This document shows positions 27,282 through 35,956 of a stretch of 64,000 nt of DNA, in pieces. The stretch's first letter is position 1, and each line of letters starts with the position of its first letter. A program made the translations under genes and the position numbers. Location: positions 808-64,807 of the forward strand of contig CACWUA010000009.1 of assembly GCA_902763905.1 (NCBI GenBank), in the 5' to 3' direction. The notes beneath the pieces are model-generated. The model saw nothing but the letters and a program-made list of their open reading frames with translations, searched no databases and was not told the DNA's origin. Source of the DNA: an uncultured Pseudomonadota bacterium (lineage in GTDB: Bacteria > Pseudomonadota > Alphaproteobacteria > RF32 > CAG-239).

Positions 27282-28007
27282 TTAGTTATTTTGTGAATTA
27301 TACTCAATGAAATCATTCAACGCTTTTCCATCTTCAGTACGCCAATAATATTTACCATTACAAGCTCCACCACCGACAAACTCACCTGCAGTAGAAGGCG
27401 ATGTAAATTCTAAATCTTTTGTTGTTACATCGTTCACAATATATTTTGCATAACTATCCCGCAATTTTTTCACAGAATCCCGATTACTATAAATTTTACT
27501 GTCAATGCGTGAACCAGATAATACAATGTAACGATTGCCATCCAAAACCATCATTTTAGCATCTGTTGAATCACGTAAAAACTTGAATATCTGGTCAGTA
27601 TTAACCGTATATTTTCCTTTGTAATGGATAGTTTTCTTTTTATTGGCATCGCAAACAATAGAAGCTTTATCAATATCATCTGGAACATTTAATTCTGCAT
27701 CTTCTATTAGTTGTGCACAACGAGTTAAATGTTTTAATGCGTCTGCTGGCTTTATATTAAAAAACTCACGACCTTTGCGAATTCGTTTATCAGCTAAATC
27801 AGTTAAAATTTCATGTAAGTGCTTTTCAAGTTCATTATATTTTGATGTTTTGATTGTAGCATATATTTCAAATGGTAAAGGGACAGCTGTGTTATCTAAT
27901 TCTTTTGAACGAACATCAACTTCGCGAGAGCTTTTTCCTATTTTTATCCAATCTTCCCTAAAACTTGGATTTGTTAAAATATAAACATATCCTTTTTCTT
28001 TCGTCAT
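27282..28007 (-). CDS. GIY-YIG-like (T5orf172/MUG113) domain protein with a DUF4357-like C-terminal domain
   Basis: GYVYILTNPSFREDWIKIGKS...REFFNI N-terminal domain. C-terminal FTSPSTAGEFVGGGACNGKYYWRTEDG pattern. Confidence 0.65.
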   Translation of the reverse strand: MTKEKGYVYILTNPSFREDWIKIGKSSREVDVRSKELDNTAVPLPFEIYATIKTSKYNELEKHLHEILTDLADKRIRKGREFFNIKPADALKHLTRCAQLIEDAELNVPDDIDKASIVCDANKKKTIHYKGKYTVNTDQIFKFLRDSTDAKMMVLDGNRYIVLSGSRIDSKIYSNRDSVKKLRDSYAKYIVNDVTTKDLEFTSPSTAGEFVGGGACNGKYYWRTEDGKALNDFIEYNSQNN

Positions 28008-28032
28008 GGCAAAATCCTTTCATTTTGTTTTA

Positions 28033-28083
28033 TTACCGAAATGTTACCGAATAATTCCCGAAAAGTCAAGAAAAATTCCCGAA
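28033..28083 (+). repeat. Four phased TTMCCGAA octamers (spacing 11, 11, 21 bp) in the T5orf172/GNAT intergenic region
   Basis: TTACCGAA at 28033 and 28044. TTCCCGAA at 28055 and 28076. Homologous to 38316-38366 and related to the 23-bp repeat at 6291-6395. Confidence 0.8.
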
Positions 28084-28201
28084 TATCTACATTATTTAAG
28101 TCCGGTCGCCGGATATTTTTTATATCCTCAAATATTATCAATCGGAAAATCAGGCGCATTGGAGGAAAGAGATCGGCAAAGGCGATTGGTCGGCGGCGGA
28201 A

Positions 28202-28567
28202 TTGTTGCACGACTGGCTAGAGAACGATAAATTAAAGCAGATGTGCGGGGAAGCGACTGAAGTTTATCTGCTTACTGACGGCGATAAACTGGTTTCGTTT
28301 GCGACTTTGGCACCGCAAGATGAGATTGACGCACCGGAACTGTCGCCGTGGATCGGGTTTGTATATACGTTTCCGGCCTATCGCGGTCATCGCAACGCCG
28401 GCAAGTTAATTGCCCACATTTGCGAAGTTTTAAAATTCGCCGGAACCGAAAAAGTTTATATTTCCACTGACGAAATCGGCCTCTACGAGAAATACGGCTT
28501 TACCTTTTGGCAGACCATGACCACCCGCGAGGGCAAACCAACTCGGGTGTATGTGAAAAAGTTATAA
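28202..28567 (+). CDS. GNAT-family N-acetyltransferase; the true N-terminus is probably upstream
   Basis: PWIGFVYTFPAYRGHRNAGKLI...GLYEKYGF acetyl-CoA-binding region. The frame stays open back to 28100 with family-like sequence (..YYQSENQAHWRKEIGKGDWSAAELL..) but has no ATG/GTG/TTG there. Confidence 0.7.
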   Translation: MLHDWLENDKLKQMCGEATEVYLLTDGDKLVSFATLAPQDEIDAPELSPWIGFVYTFPAYRGHRNAGKLIAHICEVLKFAGTEKVYISTDEIGLYEKYGFTFWQTMTTREGKPTRVYVKKL

Positions 28568-28570
28568 TTT
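28532..28570 (+). repeat. Direct repeat DR-L (last 11 codons plus stop of the GNAT gene)
   Basis: 33 of 38 positions match 38139-38177. Both copies translate GKPTRVYVK(K/R)L-stop. Confidence 0.8.
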
Positions 28571-28671
28571 TCTCACTTAATTTTGTATCTAAATATTTCA
28601 ACACGTCATAATCTGTCGTGTTTGTATGTTTAATTGTTTTCGTAAAGTTCAACAAACAACAGGAGACGAAA

Positions 28672-28875
28672 ATGATTGAAGATGTGACGCTTAAAGATGA
28701 CTGCTTAACTATTGTCAAAGACGGAAGTAGGATGGGGATGATGCTCACGGGCATGATGACTGCACCTTATCGGCTTGAACATTGGGACAGCGAAAAAATA
28801 GTGATTATTGCCAATGAAGAATATAGGCACGTTCTCGATGAACAAGGACATTTTATAAAAAGCGAACCGTATTAA
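28672..28875 (+). CDS. Hypothetical small protein
   Basis: AGGAG RBS before the ATG at 28672. First of a tightly packed co-directional gene string. Confidence 0.45.
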   Translation: MIEDVTLKDDCLTIVKDGSRMGMMLTGMMTAPYRLEHWDSEKIVIIANEEYRHVLDEQGHFIKSEPY

Positions 28876-28885
28876 GGAGTTATCT

Positions 28886-29116
28886 ATGCAAGACGATATA
28901 TATAAGGTAAAAATGGAGGCGATGACTTCATTAGTTAAAGCATTTTACCACGATTTTATGCCGATGATACAACAAATAAAAGATGATGTATCGGCACTCC
29001 ATATCGGTGAACAAGACAAGGAAGCACTTGGCCGGATAAATGAACAATTACGGCAAGCCGAAAGTTTGCTTCGTCAGTTAATGACGATTACAACCCCAAA
29101 GGAGCCAAAGAAATGA
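28886..29116 (+). CDS. Hypothetical small helical protein
   Basis: AAGGAG RBS. 76 aa. Overlaps the next gene by 4 nt. Confidence 0.5.
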   Translation: MQDDIYKVKMEAMTSLVKAFYHDFMPMIQQIKDDVSALHIGEQDKEALGRINEQLRQAESLLRQLMTITTPKEPKK

Positions 29117-29364
29117 TAGAATATATCAGGGATACGATAAAATTCAGCCGGCCGATTGATAAATTTCCACACACTCTAGAGGGCATGATTGCGATTGTTT
29201 ATAACGGAAAGAATACACGTTGTCCGGCATGGGGTATGGGTAAAACGATTGTCAAGGTCGATAAAGACTACGTTTACGTTCAGTCCGATACGGAAGGAAA
29301 AATCGATTTATTCAACGAACACGGCGACAAAGTCAAACAAATCGGTACAGAGGAATTAAAATGA
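29113..29364 (+). CDS. Hypothetical small protein
   Basis: AAGGAG RBS. 83 aa. Overlaps the next gene by 4 nt. Confidence 0.5.
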   Translation: MIEYIRDTIKFSRPIDKFPHTLEGMIAIVYNGKNTRCPAWGMGKTIVKVDKDYVYVQSDTEGKIDLFNEHGDKVKQIGTEELK

Positions 29365-30065
29365 TAAAAACGGGCTTTTCTTTCATTGATACGGATTTAG
29401 GCGGTCTTCACGCCGGCGATTTGGTGACAATGCAAGGTGATTGCATACAAACAGAGCAATTTATAATCAGCTTAACACAAAATATTACGGACAATAACGA
29501 CGGTTTTGCGTTGATAATGAACACTCTTGATTTTCCGTTGTTTACTTCCACTATTTTTGACAATAGTCCTGCTGATGGCGATTATGCGCTGATTGGCAAC
29601 AGAATTTCGAAAGACAGCCTTTTAACACGACATGGACTACCTATGCAAGATGACCCGACACAAGGCGTTGATTTGTTGCTGAGAAGTTATTCCGCATGGC
29701 TAAACTTAAAAAAATTTCAACACCTAAAGAATAAAAAACTGCTGGTGATTATTACGCCGATATACAAGTTAAGATATGGTCTTGATGAAGATGGGGCAAC
29801 ATTGATGTTGAAAGATGTGGCGCATATTCTTGATATTCCGGTGATATGCTGGCAGCGAGATTCTTCGGAAGATTTAATTGCGACGGATATAACTTTCAAA
29901 TTGACGGCAGAAAGAGGTTACAAAGAACCGATAGATATTGAGGTTATTAAGCAACCTGGGAATAAAGCTTTTCGTATCCGCGCAAACGAATCATCGCTGA
30001 AATATAAGGAATACCTGAAAGATTGTCCTAAACTTTGGTTTTATGAGGAGAAATATGATGATTGA
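29361..30065 (+). CDS. Degenerate DnaB-C-terminal/RecA-fold-like protein lacking a Walker A motif
   Basis: The N-terminus TGFSFIDTDLGGLHAGDLVTMQGDCIQTEQF parallels DnaB TGF..LD..tgGl..g.L.iiaaRPsmGKT, but GKT is absent. Confidence 0.4.
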   Translation: MIKTGFSFIDTDLGGLHAGDLVTMQGDCIQTEQFIISLTQNITDNNDGFALIMNTLDFPLFTSTIFDNSPADGDYALIGNRISKDSLLTRHGLPMQDDPTQGVDLLLRSYSAWLNLKKFQHLKNKKLLVIITPIYKLRYGLDEDGATLMLKDVAHILDIPVICWQRDSSEDLIATDITFKLTAERGYKEPIDIEVIKQPGNKAFRIRANESSLKYKEYLKDCPKLWFYEEKYDD

Positions 30066-30576
30066 TAACAGAAAAGTTATAATAAATACTGAAGTTACCG
30101 GCTTATATCCCAAAGACGGCCACAAAATGGTGGAAATCGCCGCCATTGAAATTGATGAAAACGATATCCAAACCGGCGTGGTTTTTCACGCTTATATCAA
30201 TCCGAAACGTCGGATACCAAAAGATGTTACGGCGATACATGGTTTGGACTATAAGTTTTTGAAGAATTATCCGTCGTTTGCGGCGTATAAAGACGGATTT
30301 TTGTGTTTTATCGAGGGTAAAGAAATAATCGGGCATAATGTGCAATTTGACATAAGCTTCCTTAATAATGAGGTCGGCTTTGAACTACCGAACAATGTAA
30401 CCGATACATTGGAAATGGCACGAACAGCGTTTCCAGCACAAAGGAACAATTTGGTTGCGTTGAGTGAACGCCTTAATATTAAAATCAAACATTCGCCTTA
30501 CAACGGCGCTTTGCTTGATGCTCTGTATGCATACGAAGTTTATAAAAGGCTGAAAAATGGGAAAAATAAAATTTGA
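30055..30576 (+). CDS. DnaQ/epsilon-like 3'-5' exonuclease-fold protein with substituted catalytic residues
   Basis: ExoI NTEVTG (usual DTETTG). ExoII GHNVQFDISFL. ExoIII NGALLDA (usual HGALLDA). Confidence 0.7.
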   Translation: MMIDNRKVIINTEVTGLYPKDGHKMVEIAAIEIDENDIQTGVVFHAYINPKRRIPKDVTAIHGLDYKFLKNYPSFAAYKDGFLCFIEGKEIIGHNVQFDISFLNNEVGFELPNNVTDTLEMARTAFPAQRNNLVALSERLNIKIKHSPYNGALLDALYAYEVYKRLKNGKNKI

Positions 30577-32107
30577 TATAGCCGGATGGAAAGAAAAGCT
30601 CCTAAACGGTGCGGATATTAATAAGCCGGATAAAAAAGGTTGGACTGCTTTAGATTATGCAATTCGTGCCGATAGCATAGAAGGGGTTGAATTTTGTATT
30701 AATAAGGGCGCTGATGTTAATAGAGAAATTGAAAAACATGACTATGCAACACCTTTACATTTTGCGGCAAAATATAGCAAAAAACCTGAAATGATTGAAA
30801 TATTGGTAAAGCACGGGGCTAAGATAGATGCATTGGATATGTGCGAATATAGTCCGCTAAACTATGCTGCGTTTCATAATGCCAATCCGGATATTATTAA
30901 AAAATTGGTAGAATTGGGATCTGATATTAATGAATATAACGTTTTTCTTTCTGCTTTTCAATCGGCATGTTTGAGCAACCCCAGTTTGGAAGTTATTAAA
31001 ACAATTATACGATTGGGTGCTGATTTTGATGTACAAGATGCTTTGTGCTTTGCCGCAGTGAATAAAAATTTATATATCTTAAAATATATGTTAAAATTGG
31101 GCGGAGATATAAACACCAAGAGCAAAACGTTAGGAAAAGATTTTCCATTGCATAATGCAGTTTACAATAAAAACTCCGAAGTCCTAAAATTTTTGCTTAA
31201 AAAAGGTGCTTATAAGACTATCAATGCCAAAGACGAATTTGGAAATACACCTCTGATTTCTGCAGTATTTCCTGGAAATTTGGAAAATATAAAAATATTG
31301 CTTGAGGCCGGTGCTAATGTTAATGCAAAAAATAACTATGGCGAAACACCCCTTATGAAAGCCTGTTCTAGTAATAAGAATATTGAAGTTATTCAGACAT
31401 TATTAGATGCTGGAGCAGATATTTTAGCTAAAGACAAAAGAGGCAAAACGTGTTTTAATTATGTAGTGTACTGTGCGAGAAATTACGCAATTTTTAAGCT
31501 TTTGCTAATGCGTATTAAAAATGTTAAGACCAGAAGAAAATATGGATATATTATCGCAAATCATGGTAAAATAACGGCAGATTTAATTATGGTATTGAGG
31601 GAATGCCATGTAGATGTATGTAAATCGGAAGATCTGTCCGATTGGATATTTTGTCTGTGTGTTGATAACCATAAAATGGCAAGAAATGTGATTAAGACTG
31701 GTATAAAACTTCATATTTCTTTTTTCCATTTATCATTCAGAATTTTAGATAACCCTAAAGGAATATCCGCAAAAATTTTATCACTATTGACTGATATCAA
31801 CGTCAGAGATGAAAACCAAAATACGGTATTGTTTGACTTTATTAAATGTAATAATTTTCGTATAGTTAATATGCTGATTGATGCAGGTGCTGATGTTAAT
31901 GCAAAGAATAACCAAGAAGAGACACCGTTAAGCTATGCCGTAAAATATAAAGCAAAAGATAAGATATTTGAGAAGTTGCTAGCCAGCGGAGCCAATGTTG
32001 AAACCGAAGATTATATGGTAAAATCAGCCGTAGCTGCTTTTTTGGAGCGACAGAAAATTAAGTCTTCTTCTACGCAATTAAGGCTGTTTGAGGATAAGAA
32101 AGGATAA
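30557..32107 (+). CDS. Ankyrin-repeat protein
   Basis: Many repeats of the G.TPLH.A......E.V..LL..GADVNAK type (for example GNTPLISAVFPGNLENIKILLEAGANVNAKNNYGETPLMKA). Confidence 0.9.
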   Translation: MGKIKFDIAGWKEKLLNGADINKPDKKGWTALDYAIRADSIEGVEFCINKGADVNREIEKHDYATPLHFAAKYSKKPEMIEILVKHGAKIDALDMCEYSPLNYAAFHNANPDIIKKLVELGSDINEYNVFLSAFQSACLSNPSLEVIKTIIRLGADFDVQDALCFAAVNKNLYILKYMLKLGGDINTKSKTLGKDFPLHNAVYNKNSEVLKFLLKKGAYKTINAKDEFGNTPLISAVFPGNLENIKILLEAGANVNAKNNYGETPLMKACSSNKNIEVIQTLLDAGADILAKDKRGKTCFNYVVYCARNYAIFKLLLMRIKNVKTRRKYGYIIANHGKITADLIMVLRECHVDVCKSEDLSDWIFCLCVDNHKMARNVIKTGIKLHISFFHLSFRILDNPKGISAKILSLLTDINVRDENQNTVLFDFIKCNNFRIVNMLIDAGADVNAKNNQEETPLSYAVKYKAKDKIFEKLLASGANVETEDYMVKSAVAAFLERQKIKSSSTQLRLFEDKKG

Positions 32108-32108
32108 T

Positions 32109-32672
32109 ATGATGAAAAAGGCAATTTTATACATTTTGACGGTATTTCTTATCGGATGCAGTTCAAATAAACAATTGTTAGAACAAAGCGTTAAACACTA
32201 TAGAGCAGACGGCGGGGCGTATTTGCTGTATGACATGCAAAGGGATGAAATGACGGATAAACAATCTGTTAATTTCAATCTACAACAGAAATATCAACCG
32301 AATTTTTCCCTTATCGGATTGAAAGGTAAAATGACGCCGGAGCAACTTTTGAGGGAATATGTCGGTATTGTTAAAAACAACTCTGATTTGCTAACTGTTT
32401 TGCGGCAAAATGTTCTATCCGGCGAAGCTAAAAAAGCTCAAGTAAATGGTGTTGAGGTTTTTGGTATGACGACAACAACGAATAAAAACCAGACCAAAGA
32501 AGTTATAACAACATTTTTGGGGCATTTTATTAAGGGCGAAAATACGTATGCAATATTAATACTTTTGGATAATCCGAAACCAATTAAAGAAACATACGGA
32601 TTCAGCTCTGCCGGTTGGAATGTTGTTAATATTGCTTGCGATTTAATAACCGCGTTGACAAGCCCAAAATAA
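32109..32672 (+). CDS. Lipoprotein resembling only the C-terminal third of a class B PBP transpeptidase domain; KTG motif degenerate
   Basis: Lipobox-like LTVFLIGCSS. VNGVEVFGMTTTT..FLGHFIKGENTYAILILLDNPKP..YGFSSAGWNVV parallels the FtsI-type V.G..V.GKTGT..F.GFaP..P..av.v.ldeP..yGg..AaP. Confidence 0.4.
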   Translation: MMKKAILYILTVFLIGCSSNKQLLEQSVKHYRADGGAYLLYDMQRDEMTDKQSVNFNLQQKYQPNFSLIGLKGKMTPEQLLREYVGIVKNNSDLLTVLRQNVLSGEAKKAQVNGVEVFGMTTTTNKNQTKEVITTFLGHFIKGENTYAILILLDNPKPIKETYGFSSAGWNVVNIACDLITALTSPK

Positions 32673-32712
32673 TGAAATAGGATTTTGATAACGAGATAAA
32701 GGAGTTAGGTCT

Positions 32713-33681
32713 ATGGAAAAAGAAGAGTTGATTAAAAAAATCATGAATTGTTGCTTTGCCGATGATAGCGGAAATTTTTGGGAAAAGTTCAAAAATTGGG
32801 AACCAGGACAGACTTTTTATACTTCTAGCATTGATCCTGATTATAGAAGCAAAAGATTATACGAATTTCATAAGTTTCTTTGGAATAAACAAGAACAACA
32901 AAAAGTTGAGGTAATTTGGAATGGATATGCATACGAATTGGTTGGTATTGATGATAAAGAATTCAGATTAGGCAGCGATTCAATTATGAGTATTTATTGG
33001 CATTGTTCAGATAAATACGAGCCTTATGCAACAATAGTAAATAATCTTCGTCAAATTAAAAATATTGAAAATACAGATGAATATAAAAAACTATGCGAGA
33101 AACATAAAGGTTCTCATTTTGGCGAAGATATTACTGGCTATTGCGCACTGAAAAAGTTCATTTGTTTATATTTGCAAAAAGCCAATACTATCGGTGGCTT
33201 TATTGTTTTTCCGAGGCATGATGTGTCTACAGTAAACACTGTTCGCGGAAAATCAGGAAAAATTCGTGACCGTTTTGATTTAACTCTTGAATGCATCCGA
33301 AGATATTACCAAACTAGAGATTATAATCCATTATTTGATGTTTTGGAAGAAAATAAAATGTATTTTGGGAAAGATGAAGATTTCTTCGATATATTTAGAA
33401 AAGGTAAATCAGGCTTCGAAAATTATGCGAGATTTTTCTGTTTGAATGAAAGTTGGGTGAAAAACGGGAAAGTTTTATGCTTAATGAATAAGGATAATAA
33501 ATCACTTGATACATATGATTTTAGTCAAGAACCTTTACCTAAAAGTACTAAGCAATGGTGGACATTTTATCGCAATATTATAGATAGATTGGATGCCCGC
33601 AATCAGCAAATTGCAAAGATTTTATCAGACTGTTCTGAGGATGATTTACAACGACTATGTGACGATTTAAGACTAGATTAA
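32713..33681 (+). CDS. Hypothetical protein (322 aa), no family recognised
   Basis: AAGGAG RBS. Conserved-looking core IGGFIVFPRHDVSTVNTVRGKSGKIRDRFDLTLECIRRYY. Convergent with, and overlapping by 4 nt, the WYL regulator gene. Confidence 0.55.
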   Translation: MEKEELIKKIMNCCFADDSGNFWEKFKNWEPGQTFYTSSIDPDYRSKRLYEFHKFLWNKQEQQKVEVIWNGYAYELVGIDDKEFRLGSDSIMSIYWHCSDKYEPYATIVNNLRQIKNIENTDEYKKLCEKHKGSHFGEDITGYCALKKFICLYLQKANTIGGFIVFPRHDVSTVNTVRGKSGKIRDRFDLTLECIRRYYQTRDYNPLFDVLEENKMYFGKDEDFFDIFRKGKSGFENYARFFCLNESWVKNGKVLCLMNKDNKSLDTYDFSQEPLPKSTKQWWTFYRNIIDRLDARNQQIAKILSDCSEDDLQRLCDDLRLD

Positions 33682-34640
33682 TTTTTCTTTTTATACCAAT
33701 CTTTTGGCTTGATGACCTTTACGTCATCACCCCAGGTGTATAAAAACCAATCCATTTCGAGATGGCCGCCGGCTTTGAATTTAACCGTCAGCGTGCCATC
33801 CGGATTGCGGGTTAATTTTTGCTTCGGATGGAAAATAAAATTTTCGGCCTCATTGGCCACATCGGCACTAAACAACCATTCCACATCAAAAGGTTCTTCG
33901 TGGAAAGCTCCGAAAGATTCCAAAGCATAGGCGTTCAAATCAAATTCGGAACTGTCAAAAATATCCGGCAGAATTTCGACGCTTTTAATACATTGTAGCG
34001 AAAAATTGTGCGCTTTGCCGTTGTCATAGCCGTCACTGTGCTTAGCCACTAAGTAGTGGTCGCGTTGACCGTATAAGAAACCGTACGGAACGAGCCTGTA
34101 AACATGACTTTTGCCGGAATTTTTGGCTTCATATGCCATTTTGATATGATGACATGATAAAATAGCTTGGCGCAAGGTATTCAAAATATCTTTATTTAAT
34201 TCAATTCGGGGCCCCGGACGCAAAACCAGACCTTCGGCTTTCATCAATTCATCGGCATCGACTTCGATTTTATTTTTCTGCTCCGGCTTTAAGAGGTTGC
34301 GCAACTTGATTTCAATTCTGGACAGAGTATCGGCTTTTTCCTGCAAATTGCTTTGTTTTAGGTTATCAATGGCGGTTTTAAACACGGCTAACTCTTCGGC
34401 CGAAAACGAAATAAAACTGTTCAAACTGCGCTGGGTAATGCGCCAGCGCTTGGTGCGCTCACCGGTAGCAACTTCTTCCATTTGCGGAAAATAGTTTAAC
34501 AGTGCATCGCGCATACGCTCGGCAGTTCTGCGTGAAACGTTGTATTTTCGCTGAATATCCTCAAGCGACAAACCCTCGCTGGATTCCTGCATTGCCATCG
34601 CCAAATCAAACAAGTCATACATCTTTTCATAATTAGCCAT
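33678..34640 (-). CDS. HTH plus WYL-domain transcriptional regulator (YafY-like)
   Basis: Start moved to MANYEKMYDLF (AGAGG RBS). HTH LSLEDIQRKYNVSRRTAERMRDAL. WYL-type segment VYRLVPYGFLYGQRDHYLVAKH. Confidence 0.75.
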   Translation of the reverse strand: MANYEKMYDLFDLAMAMQESSEGLSLEDIQRKYNVSRRTAERMRDALLNYFPQMEEVATGERTKRWRITQRSLNSFISFSAEELAVFKTAIDNLKQSNLQEKADTLSRIEIKLRNLLKPEQKNKIEVDADELMKAEGLVLRPGPRIELNKDILNTLRQAILSCHHIKMAYEAKNSGKSHVYRLVPYGFLYGQRDHYLVAKHSDGYDNGKAHNFSLQCIKSVEILPDIFDSSEFDLNAYALESFGAFHEEPFDVEWLFSADVANEAENFIFHPKQKLTRNPDGTLTVKFKAGGHLEMDWFLYTWGDDVKVIKPKDWYKKKN

Positions 34641-34819
34641 TTTGTGCCTCTGTTGAAATTTACAAATATTATGCGCCATATTTTGTCGTATTTAGATTAT
34701 ATAACAAAATTTAATAAATGGTGTAATTTTTTTATATAAATCCACGGTTGACTTTAAGTTAATATCGGATAAACTGAATACAAAGATTTCGTAAAACTAT
34801 AAACGAAAGGAGAGGAAAA

Positions 34820-35893
34820 ATGAGTATGGAACATAATATTTTTAAGTACGCAACCAGTGAGCTTTCTCAAGATGCGGTTATTTGTTGGATATTGAGCTTT
34901 TATAATGATAAAAACAGCAAATTATATAATTTAGCTAAGGAATTATTATCTTCGTTTGTGGATCTTGAGACCGAAGATAATAAAATTGAAATAAAGCAAC
35001 AATTTTATAAAACAGATATTTTAATTCATTTTCCAAATACGAAAAAAGTCGTAATCATAGAAGATAAAACATACACTAGCGAACATGATGAGCAAATTGC
35101 AAAGTATGTAGAAAAAATATCAAATAGCGACAAATATAAGGGATGTAAAATATATGTCGTTTATTTCAAAACCGGTTTTTATTACGATAACGATAAATTA
35201 GTTGAATATAAATGTCAAAATAACAAAGATAATAAATTTGACGGCTTTACTTCTATTCACGGAGAAGATTTCCAAAAAATTTTGCAAAAATATAAAAATA
35301 TTGATGCGATATTGGATATGTATATAGAATACTTGGATAATTTAATAAAGTGGTATGATACTTATGGCAAGTTTGACGATATCAGCCACGAAAGTTTTTG
35401 GGATTGGAATGTTTCAAAAGAATATATTGCTCAATATAAGCTAATGAGAGAAATTTTTCCGGAAAAGATGTGGAATAAAGATGACGAAAGTGGATTGTAT
35501 ATGGTGTATTCCGGCTCCAGCCGCGGACGTCCATGGACAGAGATAAGAATTCTAAATAAAACAGGCCATAGAGTATTTTGGCGAATAGATACTGATAACA
35601 AAGGACCTTATTTATCGCTTCGCTATTATAATCCGTATAACAAGGATAACGATGAAGAACATAAAAAACATACAATTGAATACCAAAGATATTACGAATA
35701 TGCAAAAGAAGCTATCGGAGATGGAACAAAATATTATGAAGTTGGAAAGAAAGAAAATTATTTCGAAGCTACCTTGCTACATATTCATATTAGCGATGTA
35801 TTGGCTAACTGGGATGAAAATGGAACTAAATTTGTTGAAGAAATCAGAAAGATTACAGATGAATTTATAGCTGAAGTCTCAAATAAAAAATAA
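34820..35893 (+). CDS. PD-(D/E)xK nuclease superfamily protein
   Basis: AAAGGAGAGG RBS. YKTDILIHFPNTKKVVIIEDKTYTSEHDEQIAKY gives D..(I/V)IEDK plus a Q..KY pattern. Confidence 0.6.
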   Translation: MSMEHNIFKYATSELSQDAVICWILSFYNDKNSKLYNLAKELLSSFVDLETEDNKIEIKQQFYKTDILIHFPNTKKVVIIEDKTYTSEHDEQIAKYVEKISNSDKYKGCKIYVVYFKTGFYYDNDKLVEYKCQNNKDNKFDGFTSIHGEDFQKILQKYKNIDAILDMYIEYLDNLIKWYDTYGKFDDISHESFWDWNVSKEYIAQYKLMREIFPEKMWNKDDESGLYMVYSGSSRGRPWTEIRILNKTGHRVFWRIDTDNKGPYLSLRYYNPYNKDNDEEHKKHTIEYQRYYEYAKEAIGDGTKYYEVGKKENYFEATLLHIHISDVLANWDENGTKFVEEIRKITDEFIAEVSNKK

Positions 35894-35956
35894 TGAGTTA
35901 ATTGGTTCTTACCGGCCTTTCATCTAGAAAGGCCAAAATATATTTTCACGTAAAAA

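Noticed and set aside
27244-28032. A LexA/SOS box upstream of the Fic-polymerase string
   Set aside because: I found no GTTC-N7-GTTC or CTGT-N8-ACAG type box by eye in 27244-27281 or 28008-28100. A formal motif scan would still be needed.
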